A stretch of DNA of 64,000 bases from an uncultured Chloroflexia bacterium (GCA_963774265.1 CAVZDU010000001.1:1024001-1088000), one strand, 5' to 3'; numbered from the stretch's first letter, positions 30,804-41,434 are shown. Made by a program: numbers and translations. Notes: generated by a model not told the origin, from the sequence alone.

Positions 30804-32677
30804 GACGGTTCAAGGGTGACGCGGCTTTCGCTCTGATTGGGGGCCTGCTGGCGTTACTCCTGTACGCGGTCACCGCCGCGCGGTCAGTGGCGACCCTGTT
30901 CGATGACAGCCTCGAATTCCACGTCGTGCTGCCCACGCTCGGCATCGCGCACCCCAGCGGCTATCCGCTCTATACGTTGCTCGGCAAAATCGCCAGCACC
31001 GTGCTGCCGGTTTGGGACGCAGCGGGGCGGATCAACCTCCTTTCGGCCTTCTTTGGGGGGGTCGCGGTCGCGATGCTCTACCTCGTTGCGCGGCGCTTCG
31101 CAGGCAGCCGGCCCGCCGCGGCCGTTGCGACGGCCATCTTTGCGCTGTCGCCGACGTGGTGGTCTCAGGCTACGATCGCGGAGGTCTACGCGCTCCACGG
31201 GCTGCTGGTGACCCTCTTCCTCTATTGTCTGCTGCGGTGGGAAGAGAGCCGCATGTTGGGGCGCTCTGATGGATGGCTGTGGGCCGCGGCGTTGACGTGT
31301 GGGCTGGGGTTGGCGCACCACCGGATGATCGCGCTGCTCTTGCCTGCCGCGCTCGTCTTCATATTCTGGACCGATCCACCCCTGCTGCGACGGCCCCGGC
31401 GATGGCTCGCGCCGATCGTGCTCGGGCTGGCACCCTTGTGGCTTTATCTGTATCTCCCCATCCGCGGCCAGGTCGTCAGCTCGCTCGACGGCACTTACCA
31501 GCCGACGTTGGCCGGGACCCTGGACTGGATCCTCGCGCGCGGCTACAGCATCTTTCTCACGGGCAACCCCTTCAATATCGACCGGCGCTGGAACGACTAC
31601 CTGGCGTTGATCCTGCACGAGCTCGGCGCGTTGACGATGCTTGCGGCGCTTCTCGGCCTGGGCTCGGCATTCAGGTTCCAGCGACGCCGTGCGGCCTTCC
31701 TTCTGCTGGCCACGCTCAGCCAGATTGCGTTTGCGGTCGCCTACAAGGTGGAGGACGTAGCGGTGTTCTTCATCCCGGCGTTCATGCTCCTCTGCATCTG
31801 GGCCGCGTGGGGCCTGACGCCATTCTTCGACCAGATGGCGCAGCGGGGAGGACACGCCGGAACCGCGGTGCGCGTGCCGAAACGTTGGATGCCTGCCCTG
31901 CTGGCCGTCTGGCTGCTGCCCGTCGCCGTCGTGATGTTGTTCGAGCCCGTGCGGGACGCGGTGCGCAACTGGCCGGAGCGTGATCGGAGCGACGATCGGC
32001 AGGTCTATGAGCAGGGCCGCGATATGGTCGACAGTGCGGCGGAGGGCGGCCGCATCGTGGGGTTAGGCGGCGAGATCACCCTCGTCCGTTACTTCCGCGA
32101 TGTTTTGGGCCAGCGGCCTGACCTGCAGGTGACGCGCGCAGACGGGGAGGTCGAGCGGACTGCCGCCGTTGAGGCGGCGCTCTCGCAGGGCGAGCCGGTA
32201 TTCTTGACGCGAGACCTGCCGGGCGCCGCGCAGCGGTACAGCCTCGACGCGGCCGGTCCCCTGATTCGGGTCAGCCCCAAGGCGACGCCGGCGCCCGCAC
32301 CGGAGGGTGGGCGGTCGATGGGCGCTGGCGTCCTGCTCCTTCATGGGGAGGTGCAGACCGGCCATCCCACGGCTCGTGCGGCGCGCGTCAGGCTGACCTG
32401 GACCGCGGCCCAACCGATCGCGGAGGAGCTGAAGGTGTCGGCCAGGCTGGTGAACGGTGCCGGCGAGGTCGTCTTCGCTGAAGACACGGTTCCCGTTCAC
32501 TTCACTTATCCCACCACGGCCTGGGTTCCCGGTGAAACGGTCGAGGACGTTGTCGATCTCCACCTGCGCCTCGACGACCCGGCGTGCAGCTACGAGGCGC
32601 TCATCATCCTTTACCGGGTCGCGGACGCGGGCGAGGTGGGCCGGGTTACCCTGCCCGTCGGGTGCATCGGGGACTAG
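30800..32677 (+). CDS. DUF2723 (TMEM260-like) membrane glycosyltransferase-like protein
   Basis: DDSLEF, LGIAHPSGYPLY, WSQATIAEVY, LAHH, YLYLPIR, and a C-terminal PTTAWVPGE beta domain. Confidence 0.85.
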   Translation: MRRFKGDAAFALIGGLLALLLYAVTAARSVATLFDDSLEFHVVLPTLGIAHPSGYPLYTLLGKIASTVLPVWDAAGRINLLSAFFGGVAVAMLYLVARRFAGSRPAAAVATAIFALSPTWWSQATIAEVYALHGLLVTLFLYCLLRWEESRMLGRSDGWLWAAALTCGLGLAHHRMIALLLPAALVFIFWTDPPLLRRPRRWLAPIVLGLAPLWLYLYLPIRGQVVSSLDGTYQPTLAGTLDWILARGYSIFLTGNPFNIDRRWNDYLALILHELGALTMLAALLGLGSAFRFQRRRAAFLLLATLSQIAFAVAYKVEDVAVFFIPAFMLLCIWAAWGLTPFFDQMAQRGGHAGTAVRVPKRWMPALLAVWLLPVAVVMLFEPVRDAVRNWPERDRSDDRQVYEQGRDMVDSAAEGGRIVGLGGEITLVRYFRDVLGQRPDLQVTRADGEVERTAAVEAALSQGEPVFLTRDLPGAAQRYSLDAAGPLIRVSPKATPAPAPEGGRSMGAGVLLLHGEVQTGHPTARAARVRLTWTAAQPIAEELKVSARLVNGAGEVVFAEDTVPVHFTYPTTAWVPGETVEDVVDLHLRLDDPACSYEALIILYRVADAGEVGRVTLPVGCIGD

Positions 32678-33489
32678 GGATGTGGCAGGTTCAGGGCGCG
32701 TTCGAGGTTCTCCAGAGTGAGCAGCTCCGTGCCGGCATTGGGTTCGAGCAAGGGGCGGACGTCTTCCGCAACGCGTTGCCACTCCAGCCCCTGCAGCCGG
32801 TCAGCCAGGATAGCGCGCCAGTTCTGACCGGTCAGATGTGCGCCCGGCCAGCCGGTCTGCTTCAAGGCATTGTTGAGCAGGGTCAGATTGGGCGCCGGCC
32901 AGTCCGGGTCGCTGAGATACCATAGCAGGTCATACAGATCGCGGCCTTTGGTGTACGGCCGCTGGAGGATGGCATGCAGTTTGCCGGCGAACAACGAAGC
33001 GCGATCGTGGTGCTGGAGCTGCAGAATCACATGGCGCCGGACGACCGTCGTGGCCAGGGCGGCGCCGGGGGGCGGGCTCGTGTCTACCTCGATCTTGACC
33101 GCCAGCACCTCGTCCTGATGAGGCGACAGCCCCAGCTCGTAGAGTAGACCGGCGAAGCGCACAAACGCGCTGTGGACCGTCTTCTGGTCACTGATCTTCA
33201 CGCTTAAGTCATAACCTTCGGCGCCGAACGAGGTTTGGACGGCCCGCAGGTAGCCCCTGAAATCGTACATCTCCCGCCGCTGCTCGAGCGCGAAATCCAG
33301 GTCCTCGGAATAACGGGAGGCGCCGAAGAGAAAGCGCAGCGCGGTCCCCCCGTGAAACGCCAGCGGGATCATCGCGCCATTGCGCTGAAGCGTTTCCAGG
33401 ATGCGCGCCTGAAGATATTCGCGCGCCGTGTTGCGCGCCTGGAGGGGGGAGGGGCTGCCTCGAACCAATTCAGCCAGGTGGTCCTTCAT
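32674..33489 (-). CDS. abiEii: AbiEii-family nucleotidyltransferase toxin
   Basis: FHGGTALR, RYSEDLDF, KIEVD, GKLHAIL.R, KGRDLYDL. Confidence 0.92.
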   Translation of the reverse strand: MKDHLAELVRGSPSPLQARNTAREYLQARILETLQRNGAMIPLAFHGGTALRFLFGASRYSEDLDFALEQRREMYDFRGYLRAVQTSFGAEGYDLSVKISDQKTVHSAFVRFAGLLYELGLSPHQDEVLAVKIEVDTSPPPGAALATTVVRRHVILQLQHHDRASLFAGKLHAILQRPYTKGRDLYDLLWYLSDPDWPAPNLTLLNNALKQTGWPGAHLTGQNWRAILADRLQGLEWQRVAEDVRPLLEPNAGTELLTLENLERALNLPHP

Positions 33490-34127
33490 AGGGTCTCGTA
33501 CTCCTCACTCTCAGCCTGCCGCAGCGCCAGGACGGCACGCGCGGCGCGCTGCAGCTTGGGCCGCCCGCTGCGTTCTGCATCGCGCAGCAAGGCCTTGGGA
33601 TCGAGCCGCTCCAGGTTCTGCAAGCGCAGCTCATGCAGATAGGCCGGCGCGTCACCTTCAGGCGCCAGGTAAACCAGGTCGAGCAGCGCCTTCTCCGGCG
33701 TAGCGACAAAAGCCTGCTGGTTCTTACCCAGGTCGACCCCGCGGTAACCGAAGAAGAGATCGGTCTGCAGGTGGCGGAAGGCGAACGCGCCCAGGGGGGT
33801 CTCCCGATGTCCGGGCCGGCCCGTGGTGACAGCCGTGACCATCGGCACCACGTCAGGGATCAGCCCATAGAAAGCCAGTGCGGCCTGCAAGCTGACATAG
33901 GATGGGCGAACCATCCGGTTGGCGACGAGAAACGGGTGGGGCTTGCTCTTTCGGTAGGGTGGTGCCAGGGCATACAGGCCGCGGCGGAGCTGATAGACGC
34001 GGCCGATCGCGACCCAGCGCGATAACTGCCGCCGGACGCCGGCCGGGTCGACATTGCCAGCCAGAAGCAGCCCCGTCTCGAAGACGGGCTCGTCGCCGGC
34101 TATCGCCAGCAAATGCGCGAATTCCAT
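33486..34127 (-). CDS. abiEi: AbiEi-family type IV antitoxin
   Basis: QLSRW...LRRGLY, PSYVSLQAALAFYGLIPD, ATPEKALLDLVY; ATGA coupling to the toxin gene. Confidence 0.88.
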   Translation of the reverse strand: MEFAHLLAIAGDEPVFETGLLLAGNVDPAGVRRQLSRWVAIGRVYQLRRGLYALAPPYRKSKPHPFLVANRMVRPSYVSLQAALAFYGLIPDVVPMVTAVTTGRPGHRETPLGAFAFRHLQTDLFFGYRGVDLGKNQQAFVATPEKALLDLVYLAPEGDAPAYLHELRLQNLERLDPKALLRDAERSGRPKLQRAARAVLALRQAESEEYETL

Positions 34128-34153
34128 GCGAACAATATACCACAAACGGCAAC

Positions 34154-34933
34154 TTATTGCAATGGATTCAGCAGAGCCAGGATTTCGTCCCGCAGCGCGC
34201 CATTCGTGGCCAGGCCTTCACTCCCGTAATTCGTGGCGCTGCCGTGCCAGTCGCCGAAATAGCCCCCGGCCTCCTGGAGGATCGGGACGAACGGGCCGCA
34301 GTCCCACGGGTTCATGACCGGGTCGAGCATGGCCTCCAGGCGACCCGTGGCGACGAGAAGGTAGCCGTACGCGTCAGTCCAGCCCGCGCGCACGTAGACC
34401 CGCCGGCTGAGCCGCTCCCAGGCGGCCTGCTTGCCGTAGGCCTCGAACGCACCGGTGTCCGTACACGAGATGTAGGCGCGCGAGAGATCGGCGACATCGG
34501 ACACGCGGGCCGGCCTCCCGTTCCAGGTGCACCCTTCGCCCCTCGCCGCCACGAGCAGCTCGTCCGTGCCCGGATAGTAGGCCGCGCCCACGGACGGCAC
34601 GCCGTCGATCTCCACACCCAGCAGCACCGCGTAAAGCGGCACACCCCGGATGAACGACTTTGTGCCGTCGATCGGATCGATGAGCCAGCGGACACTGGCG
34701 CCCGCGCTCTCAGTGACGCCGAACTCCTCGCCCAAGATCGCATGATCCGGGAAACGTTTCTCAATCTGCCCCCGGATGAACTCCTCCGCCAGCCTGTCGG
34801 CCACGGTGACGGGCGAATCATCGGCCTTGAAATCGGAGCGCACCCCTGTGCCGAAATAGCCGAGGGTCATGCGGCCGGCCAGCGTGGCCGTCTCCGCGGC
34901 GAAGTCCATGAGGGTGCGCAGGTAGGTTGGCAT
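34154..34933 (-). CDS. hisN: Inositol monophosphatase family, histidinol-phosphatase-like
   Basis: KADDSPVTVADR, ILGEEFG, IDPIDGTKSFIRGVP, PWD. Confidence 0.82.
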   Translation of the reverse strand: MPTYLRTLMDFAAETATLAGRMTLGYFGTGVRSDFKADDSPVTVADRLAEEFIRGQIEKRFPDHAILGEEFGVTESAGASVRWLIDPIDGTKSFIRGVPLYAVLLGVEIDGVPSVGAAYYPGTDELLVAARGEGCTWNGRPARVSDVADLSRAYISCTDTGAFEAYGKQAAWERLSRRVYVRAGWTDAYGYLLVATGRLEAMLDPVMNPWDCGPFVPILQEAGGYFGDWHGSATNYGSEGLATNGALRDEILALLNPLQ

Positions 34934-35185
34934 CAGCTTCCTCGCGTTCGTTTGGGATGGCTCGATTATGCGCGACTTCACAATCTAAGACAAATGCACT
35001 ACCGGTGGCGTTGGGATGCAAGGGGATAAGTGCCGCAGTGGAGACGCGTCCCGCTCCACGCCGTGTTGTCGCACACGACCGGTTGCCATACCTTCCGGGC
35101 TACGGCATCACCACTGGTTGTCACGCCAATTGTGACTTGCTCCGTATTTGAACTTTATTTGTGTTCATGATATACTCGTCCGACT

Positions 35186-36470
35186 ATGAGCAATCCACGC
35201 CTGCACAACGGCGATCGCGTGATTATTGTCGGCGGCGGGCCGGCCGGCAGCTTCTCTGCGCTTCACCTGCTTGAGTTGGCTCGACAAGAAGACGTGGAAT
35301 GCCGGGTCGACATTTACGAACCGCGCGATTTCTTCACACCCGGCGCGGTCCGGAACTGTAAGGGGTGCGCGGGCATTCTCTCCGCAGGAGCACTGCAGCA
35401 ACTGGCTTCGCTGGGTCTCGCCATTCCGCAGGAGGTGGTCCAGTCCGAGCTCCGGGTTTATGAGATCCACATGGCGGGGCAGGTGACGACCATCGAACAG
35501 CCTGTGGCGGGACGCAAGATTTTGAGCGTGTATCGCGGCACCGGTCCTCGCCACCATACTGGTCCACCCCCCACCAGCTTCGACGGTTTCCTCCTTGCCC
35601 AGGCCATGGCCGCGGGCGCACGTCACATCCGTGCGCGGGTGCGCAAAGTAAGCTGGGAAGACCGCCCCATCGTACACACCGACGACGGTTTCCAACCGGC
35701 CGAGCTACTCGTTCTCGCCTCGGGCGTCAATAGCCGGTCACCCCTGGACGCCAGCTTTGGTTATCAACCGCCCAGCAGCGCCGTCATGGTACAGGATGAA
35801 ATCCCGCGGCCGGAGGGCTGGCCGGAAGACAAAGTCGTGGGCTTCTTCGGCCAACCACCGGAACTGTTGTTCGGCGCGTTGGTGCCTAAAGGCGAATACC
35901 TCAATGTGTCGTTACTCTGGCGTGGGCCCGTGGCGGATGCGCTCCAGCAGTTCTACAAGGCGCAAGCTCATGTCTTGCCGCGACTTCTTCCCCGCAACGC
36001 CGCAGAGCCTCTGTGGCTGCAACCCGCGGATCCTCACCGGCCCTGCGACCGTCTATTACGGCGACCGCTGGGTCGGCGTAGGGGATGCTGCCGTATCTCA
36101 TTTATACAAGGACGGCATCAACTCGGCTTTTCTCACGGCGCGGGCCGCCATGACCACTGCTCTTAAGGCCGGCATCAGCGGCGAAGACTTCCGGCGGGCT
36201 TACAAACCGGTGTGCGACCAGCTTGCAGCCGACAACCGCTACGGCGCCCTACTGTACTCGGCAACCAGCCGGCTCCTGGGTCTCCCACGGTTCGCGGCCG
36301 CGTTCACGGGCTCGGTGGACGCAGAAACCAGGTTCGGTTTCGAACGCCGGATCCATGCCCGGCTGCTATGGGGGATGCTCACCGGAGACGAGTCGTACGC
36401 CGACCTTTTTCGCCTGGTCCTGACGCCACGAGGAGTTTTGACTTTTGCCCGCCAGTTGCTGCGCGCCTAA
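35186..36470 (+). CDS. FAD-dependent oxidoreductase, geranylgeranyl-reductase-like (frameshift near 35975)
   Basis: IVGGGPAG, NCKGCAGILS; VGDAAVSHLYKDGINSA in the second frame. Confidence 0.82.
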
Positions 36471-36525
36471 AATAGGGACGAGGTGTTGGACCCTTGACCT
36501 GCTGGTAAAGGAGCGCTGTCCATAG

Positions 36526-37812
36526 ATGCACCACTCTGAAGCTGGAGAGACGCGCCTGGGAATGTCTCACCCTTCCGGGCTGCCGGATGACAGCCGGGTC
36601 GTGATCGTCGGAGGCGGTCCAGGCGGTGTCGCCTGCGGGCTGCTGCTTCAACGGCTGGCCGAGGAAGCCGGACGGCGCATACAACTCACGATCCTGGAAG
36701 GTAAACAGTTCTCCGGGGGTCGCCATCATAACCTGTGCGCGGGTGTTCTGACCGCGCCCCTGCCCGCGCTGCTCGCCGAGCGCTTGGCGGTGAGCTTTCC
36801 CGCGCATCTGGACCACCGGGAGATCGTGGGGTACATCCTGCACAGCCCCCATGAGCAGCTGGTCCTGGATGAGCTAGAACCTTCCGTGGCGTTGCGTCGC
36901 GTCCAGTTCGACGACTACATGCTGGAAGTCGCCCGGAGCCGCGGGCTGGACGTCGTCCGGGCCCGCGTCGTCGATTTGGATTTCCATGCCGATCGGGTAG
37001 TCGTGTACTCGGAGAGCAGTCCGTTCGAGGCGGAGGTGGTCGTGGGCGCCTTCGGCATGGACGAGGGCACGGCAAGGGTCTTTGCGCGGGCAACCGGTTA
37101 CCGGCCGCCGGACGCCCTGAGCAGCGTTGTCACCCGATTCCACCCGGGACCGGAAGGCATGGCAGCCTTCGGAACCCGCATCCATGCCTTCCTGGGCAAC
37201 TATCCGGGCATCGAGTTCGGCGCGGTCACGCCCAAAGACGACCACGTGACCATCAACATTGCCGGCAGCGCCGTCACCGACGAGCAGATGGTCGCGTTCC
37301 TGAGCCGGCCAGAGGTCAAGGCCATCCTCCCCAACTTCGGCCAGGCCGGCCAACTGGAGCCGACCGACCTGAATGTCTTCAAGGGACGCTTCCCGTGCTC
37401 GCTCGCCAGGCGCTACTACGGCGATCGCTTCGTGCTCGTGGGCGATGCGGCGGGGCTCGTGCGGGCGTTCAAGGGCAAGGGTGTTACATCCGCCGTGATG
37501 ACCGGGATGCGCGCCGCCGAGACGATCTTCCACGCCGGCGTCTCCGAAAGCGCCTTTGTCGAGCATTATGCGCGTGCCAACCGGGACATCACCGGCGACC
37601 TGATCTATGGCCAGAGCATGCGCCTGCTGGTGCGCCTCTCGACCCGCCTCGGCTTGGTGGACCCCGTGCTGCGTGCCGCGCGGCGCAGTCCGGCTCTCCA
37701 AGATGCACTGTTTGGGGCCGTCTCCGGCCATCTGCCCTACGGCGAGGTCCTGAGCGGCATGTTGCGCCCCGATTCCAGTATGGCGATCCTCAGGTCCTTG
37801 ATGGCCAGGTAG
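36526..37812 (+). CDS. FAD-dependent oxidoreductase, paralogue of the upstream gene
   Basis: IVGGGPGG, HNLCAGVL, RVQFDDYML, VGDAAGLVRAFKGKGV. Confidence 0.85.
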   Translation: MHHSEAGETRLGMSHPSGLPDDSRVVIVGGGPGGVACGLLLQRLAEEAGRRIQLTILEGKQFSGGRHHNLCAGVLTAPLPALLAERLAVSFPAHLDHREIVGYILHSPHEQLVLDELEPSVALRRVQFDDYMLEVARSRGLDVVRARVVDLDFHADRVVVYSESSPFEAEVVVGAFGMDEGTARVFARATGYRPPDALSSVVTRFHPGPEGMAAFGTRIHAFLGNYPGIEFGAVTPKDDHVTINIAGSAVTDEQMVAFLSRPEVKAILPNFGQAGQLEPTDLNVFKGRFPCSLARRYYGDRFVLVGDAAGLVRAFKGKGVTSAVMTGMRAAETIFHAGVSESAFVEHYARANRDITGDLIYGQSMRLLVRLSTRLGLVDPVLRAARRSPALQDALFGAVSGHLPYGEVLSGMLRPDSSMAILRSLMAR

Positions 37813-37922
37813 ACTCTCGTGAATGCTTTGGTCGCATTGCGCTCATCAAGCGCATCCCCGCGACACGAGCATTGGCGGCCCGGCGGCTCATCTCGATGCT
37901 GTTCGGCGGCGAAAGGTGATCG

Positions 37923-39380
37923 ATGAAAATCGATATCGTGGTCGTCTACATCCCCCGATATCGCCGGGGACATGAAATCCACTTCGTGCCGCCGATCACC
38001 GGCATACACTTGGCTGCGCTGACCCCGGTTGGGCATCCTGTTCGAGTCATCCACCAGCAGGTCGAGGAGGTTGATCTCGACAGCGACGCGGACGTAATCG
38101 CATTATCCTTCTTCAGCGGCTTCGCCCCTGAGGCATACCGGCTGGCCACCGAATACCGGAAGCGCGGCAAGATCGTGATTGCGGGGTGGCCGCACGTTAC
38201 GTTCGCGCCTGAGGAGGCACTGCGGTTCGTCCATAGTGTGGTTATTGGAGAGGCGGAGTTGGTCTGGAGCGAGTTGCTTCAGGACATTGAGCAAGGGATG
38301 CTTCGGGAGCGATACATCGGCGAATCACGGCCCCTCGTGAACCTCCCAACGCCCCGGTATGACCTTCTGCCCCCGCAGTTCTTCGTCAAGCGGGTTGTGC
38401 AGGCGACCCGGGGCTGCCCGTTCAGTTGCTCGTTCTGCACGGTCCCCGTTCTCAATCCAGGCTTCCGGACCCGCCCCGTCGAGGACGTGCTCCGCGACAT
38501 CCGGTACGATCGGTTTCGGTGGTGGTGGCAACGGAAGGTCGTGTGGTTCTGGGACGACAACCTTACCGTGAAGCGCGACTACGTCATGGACCTCCTCCGG
38601 CGCATGATCCCTCTGCGGAAGTGGTGGCTGACCCAAGCGAGCATGGACATCGCTCAGGACGACGAACTACTGGATCTGATGCGCGCATCCGGCTGCATCG
38701 GCGTGTTCTTCGGGATCGAGTCCTTCAGCAAGGAATCCCTTGAGGACGCAGGGAAGCGGCAGAACAAGGTCGCAGAATACCGACGCCGAATCAAGAAGCT
38801 CCATGACCGGGGGATCTGCGTCATGGCGGGCTTCATTTCCGGTTTTGACGGGGACACGCCGGAGAGCATCCGAGCCATGGCCACAGAACTCGACGAGATT
38901 GGCGTCGACGTGCCCTTTCTGAGCATCCTTACCCCATACCGCGGCACGGCGTCGTACGCGAAGATGCGGGCCTGGGGTCGGCTGCGGGAGGAGGTGGGGT
39001 GGGAATTCTACAACGGGTACAACGTCGCCTTCGCGCCTCAGAAGATGTCTCCCGCCGCGCTCCTGCGTGCGCACCGGGCACTCTGGCGGTCGGCCTTCTC
39101 GCTGCGGTCCTGCCTGCAAAGGGTCCTTCGGGCCCTGTTCACCCTGCGGTGCGGAGCGCTACTGATGTGTACCATGATGAACGTGTTCTACGGCTGGAAG
39201 GCGCTCGCTAAGAATGAGCCTGTCAGCTTCGAGGGGACAGACCACTACAGATCGATCCGAGAAGTGGTTGATCCGATTATGCACGGCAGTGTGGATGACG
39301 AACAAGCGCTCGGAGCTGACGCCGCGAGCTCGGCGGATCAGCTGATTGTCGTCGTCGATCCATCGGCGGGCGGGCTCTGA
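37923..39380 (+). CDS. B12-binding domain radical SAM protein
   Basis: N-terminal cobalamin-binding-type domain (LAALTP, AG.PHVT, VIGEAE), [24 protein letters not shown]. Confidence 0.92.
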   Translation: MKIDIVVVYIPRYRRGHEIHFVPPITGIHLAALTPVGHPVRVIHQQVEEVDLDSDADVIALSFFSGFAPEAYRLATEYRKRGKIVIAGWPHVTFAPEEALRFVHSVVIGEAELVWSELLQDIEQGMLRERYIGESRPLVNLPTPRYDLLPPQFFVKRVVQATRGCPFSCSFCTVPVLNPGFRTRPVEDVLRDIRYDRFRWWWQRKVVWFWDDNLTVKRDYVMDLLRRMIPLRKWWLTQASMDIAQDDELLDLMRASGCIGVFFGIESFSKESLEDAGKRQNKVAEYRRRIKKLHDRGICVMAGFISGFDGDTPESIRAMATELDEIGVDVPFLSILTPYRGTASYAKMRAWGRLREEVGWEFYNGYNVAFAPQKMSPAALLRAHRALWRSAFSLRSCLQRVLRALFTLRCGALLMCTMMNVFYGWKALAKNEPVSFEGTDHYRSIREVVDPIMHGSVDDEQALGADAASSADQLIVVVDPSAGGL

Positions 39381-40595
39381 TCGATGGGCTTGAAGGCGCG
39401 AAAACTGCGGTACAGAAGCAGGTCATAGACGATCTTGAGCCGCGCCAGACAGGAGGAACGGCAGACCCAATAGCGTTGAACTCGCCAGCATGGGCCCTGC
39501 AATTACCGGCGAGAGCGCCGCGCCCGTGGTGCGGGCGATCCCCGTCACGCCGGCCGCCGCCGACCGCTCGTCGGGACTGACCACAGCCATCGTGTACGAC
39601 TGCCGGGTGGGGACGTCCATCTGCGACATGCTGAAGCGCAGCAGTAAAATGACGATCGCCAGCGACAGTGTGGGCATCAGCGGTACGAGTATCAAGAGGA
39701 CGTTGGATGGGATGTGGGTGAAGACCATCGTGTTGATCAGCCCGACTTTCGCTGCGATGCGTGCGGCCAGCAGGGCCGAGACGCCGGCTAACACATTGGC
39801 GCCGAAGAAGATCCCGCCCAGCACGCCCGGCTGAACGCCGAAACGGGTGTGGAACCAGAAGGCGACGATGCTCTGGACAACGAACCCGCCGGCGAATGCG
39901 TCGAGCGAGAAGAGCGCCGACAACTTGAAGACGATCCGCCGCGAGCGATGCAAGCCGAGCCGGCTGCTCACGGTGGTGCGATCTGGCCTGACCGCGGCTT
40001 CGATGCCCGACGTCAGCCGGCTGAATAGCCCGGCCAGCACTGCCCCCATCACCGCGTAACCCATCACCACAGCCCGGTAGCTGTCGAGCGGGGCCACCCC
40101 CGTGTCCTGCAGAGCCTGGGCCAGCCCGCCGCCGGCGAGCGCGCCCACGGCTGTCGCGAATGAACCTACCAGGTTATACCAGGCAAACACGTGGGTGCGA
40201 CGCTGATCGGTGACAATCTGGGCCAAAGATGCCTGCTCGATTGCCAGGAACGGCCCAACCTCGTTTCCGCTGGGGCTGATCACGCCCATGGTGGCGGCCA
40301 GGACCAGGAAGACATAGTTGCGCGTCAGTGCAAACACGATGCCCGCAAACAGCATCAACCCCGCACCCACCAACAACATGCGCTTCCGACCGATGCGGTC
40401 GGCCTGCGTCGTAATCCACAACGAGATAAGTGTGTCACCGAGCAGCGTTAGCGTGAGCAGCAGGCCGATCTGCGCCGTGTTGAGCCCGGCCTGGGTCAGA
40501 TAAAGCACCAGCACCACGGACAGAAAGCCGTAAGCGAACAGCCGCGCCGTGCGGGAGCCGAATAGCAGATAGCCATCTCGAGTCAATTTCTGCAT
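39338..40595 (-). CDS. MFS transporter (frameshift near 39443)
   Basis: [32 protein letters not shown]. The expected tail [13 protein letters not shown] continues in another frame to a stop at 39338. Confidence 0.9.
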
Positions 40596-40696
40596 ACGAT
40601 CACCAGTCCCAGTTATGTGTTTGGCATTCTGTGCCACAGATACTACAATCTTCTTGTTTCAGCAACTCACAATTTTGGAACCAGAGGAGAGGGCTT

Positions 40697-41134
40697 ATGA
40701 AGTGGGTTACCCGTTCCCATGTCCATGTGGACCGCGTGGCGTGTCCGTGGCTGATCAGCCGGTTCATTGACTCGGACGCGGAGTTCATTTTCGTGCCAAA
40801 GAGTCAAGTAGAGCAGGTAGTCAAAGCAACAGGCGCCATTGCTTACGACGCCCCTAGTGTGGAACTTGGGCATAAAGACGGTAAATGTTCTTTCGAGTCC
40901 ATCATCGACAAGTATGGACTAACTGACCCTGCCTTACTACGGCTTGCCAAAATCGTACACGCGGCGGACACTAAGACTGATCTTCACGCGGACGAGATCG
41001 CCCCTGGTCTGGAAGCCATTGCAGTAGGGTACGGTCTTCGCTTTCCTGATGATACGGAGAATCTGAGCCGACAGTTTGATGTATACGACGCGCTATATGC
41101 CTGGTGTCGGTTGCAAGTGGCACAGCAGGGGTAA
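40697..41134 (+). CDS. Chromate resistance protein, ChrB C-terminal/ChrF-like domain
   Basis: MKWVTR..HVDRVACPWLI.RFID, CSFESII, DPALLRLAKIVHAAD, YDALYAWC. Confidence 0.88.
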   Translation: MKWVTRSHVHVDRVACPWLISRFIDSDAEFIFVPKSQVEQVVKATGAIAYDAPSVELGHKDGKCSFESIIDKYGLTDPALLRLAKIVHAADTKTDLHADEIAPGLEAIAVGYGLRFPDDTENLSRQFDVYDALYAWCRLQVAQQG

Positions 41135-41139
41135 ATCAA

Positions 41140-41410
41140 TGCGCGCCCAACACGCATCAACCCGAACAGCGCGGTGGTGATAACGAGCCCCCAGCCCCAG
41201 TTCGCGCCCAGCAGACGGAAAGGTCGGCCGAAGACTCCGTTCAGCCGCGACTGCATGTAGCCGCGATACAGGATTTCCTCGCCCGGACCCAGGAACAACA
41301 GGTAAAAGACGAAGCCCTCCACCCGTTGGCCGACCGTCAGCGGGGCAAGCATGGCCGCCAGCGGCGGGAGGATCAGGGCGGGCAGAGCCGAGCCGCCCGC
41401 TCTAGGCATC
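41140..41410 (-). pseudogene. Fragment of a CPBP (CAAX/Abi) intramembrane metalloprotease
   Basis: GPGEEILYRGYMQSRL...LFGLM. The N-terminus and the downstream His motifs are missing. Confidence 0.7.
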
Positions 41411-41434
41411 CCCTCCGCCTGGGGCCGGTCCCGA

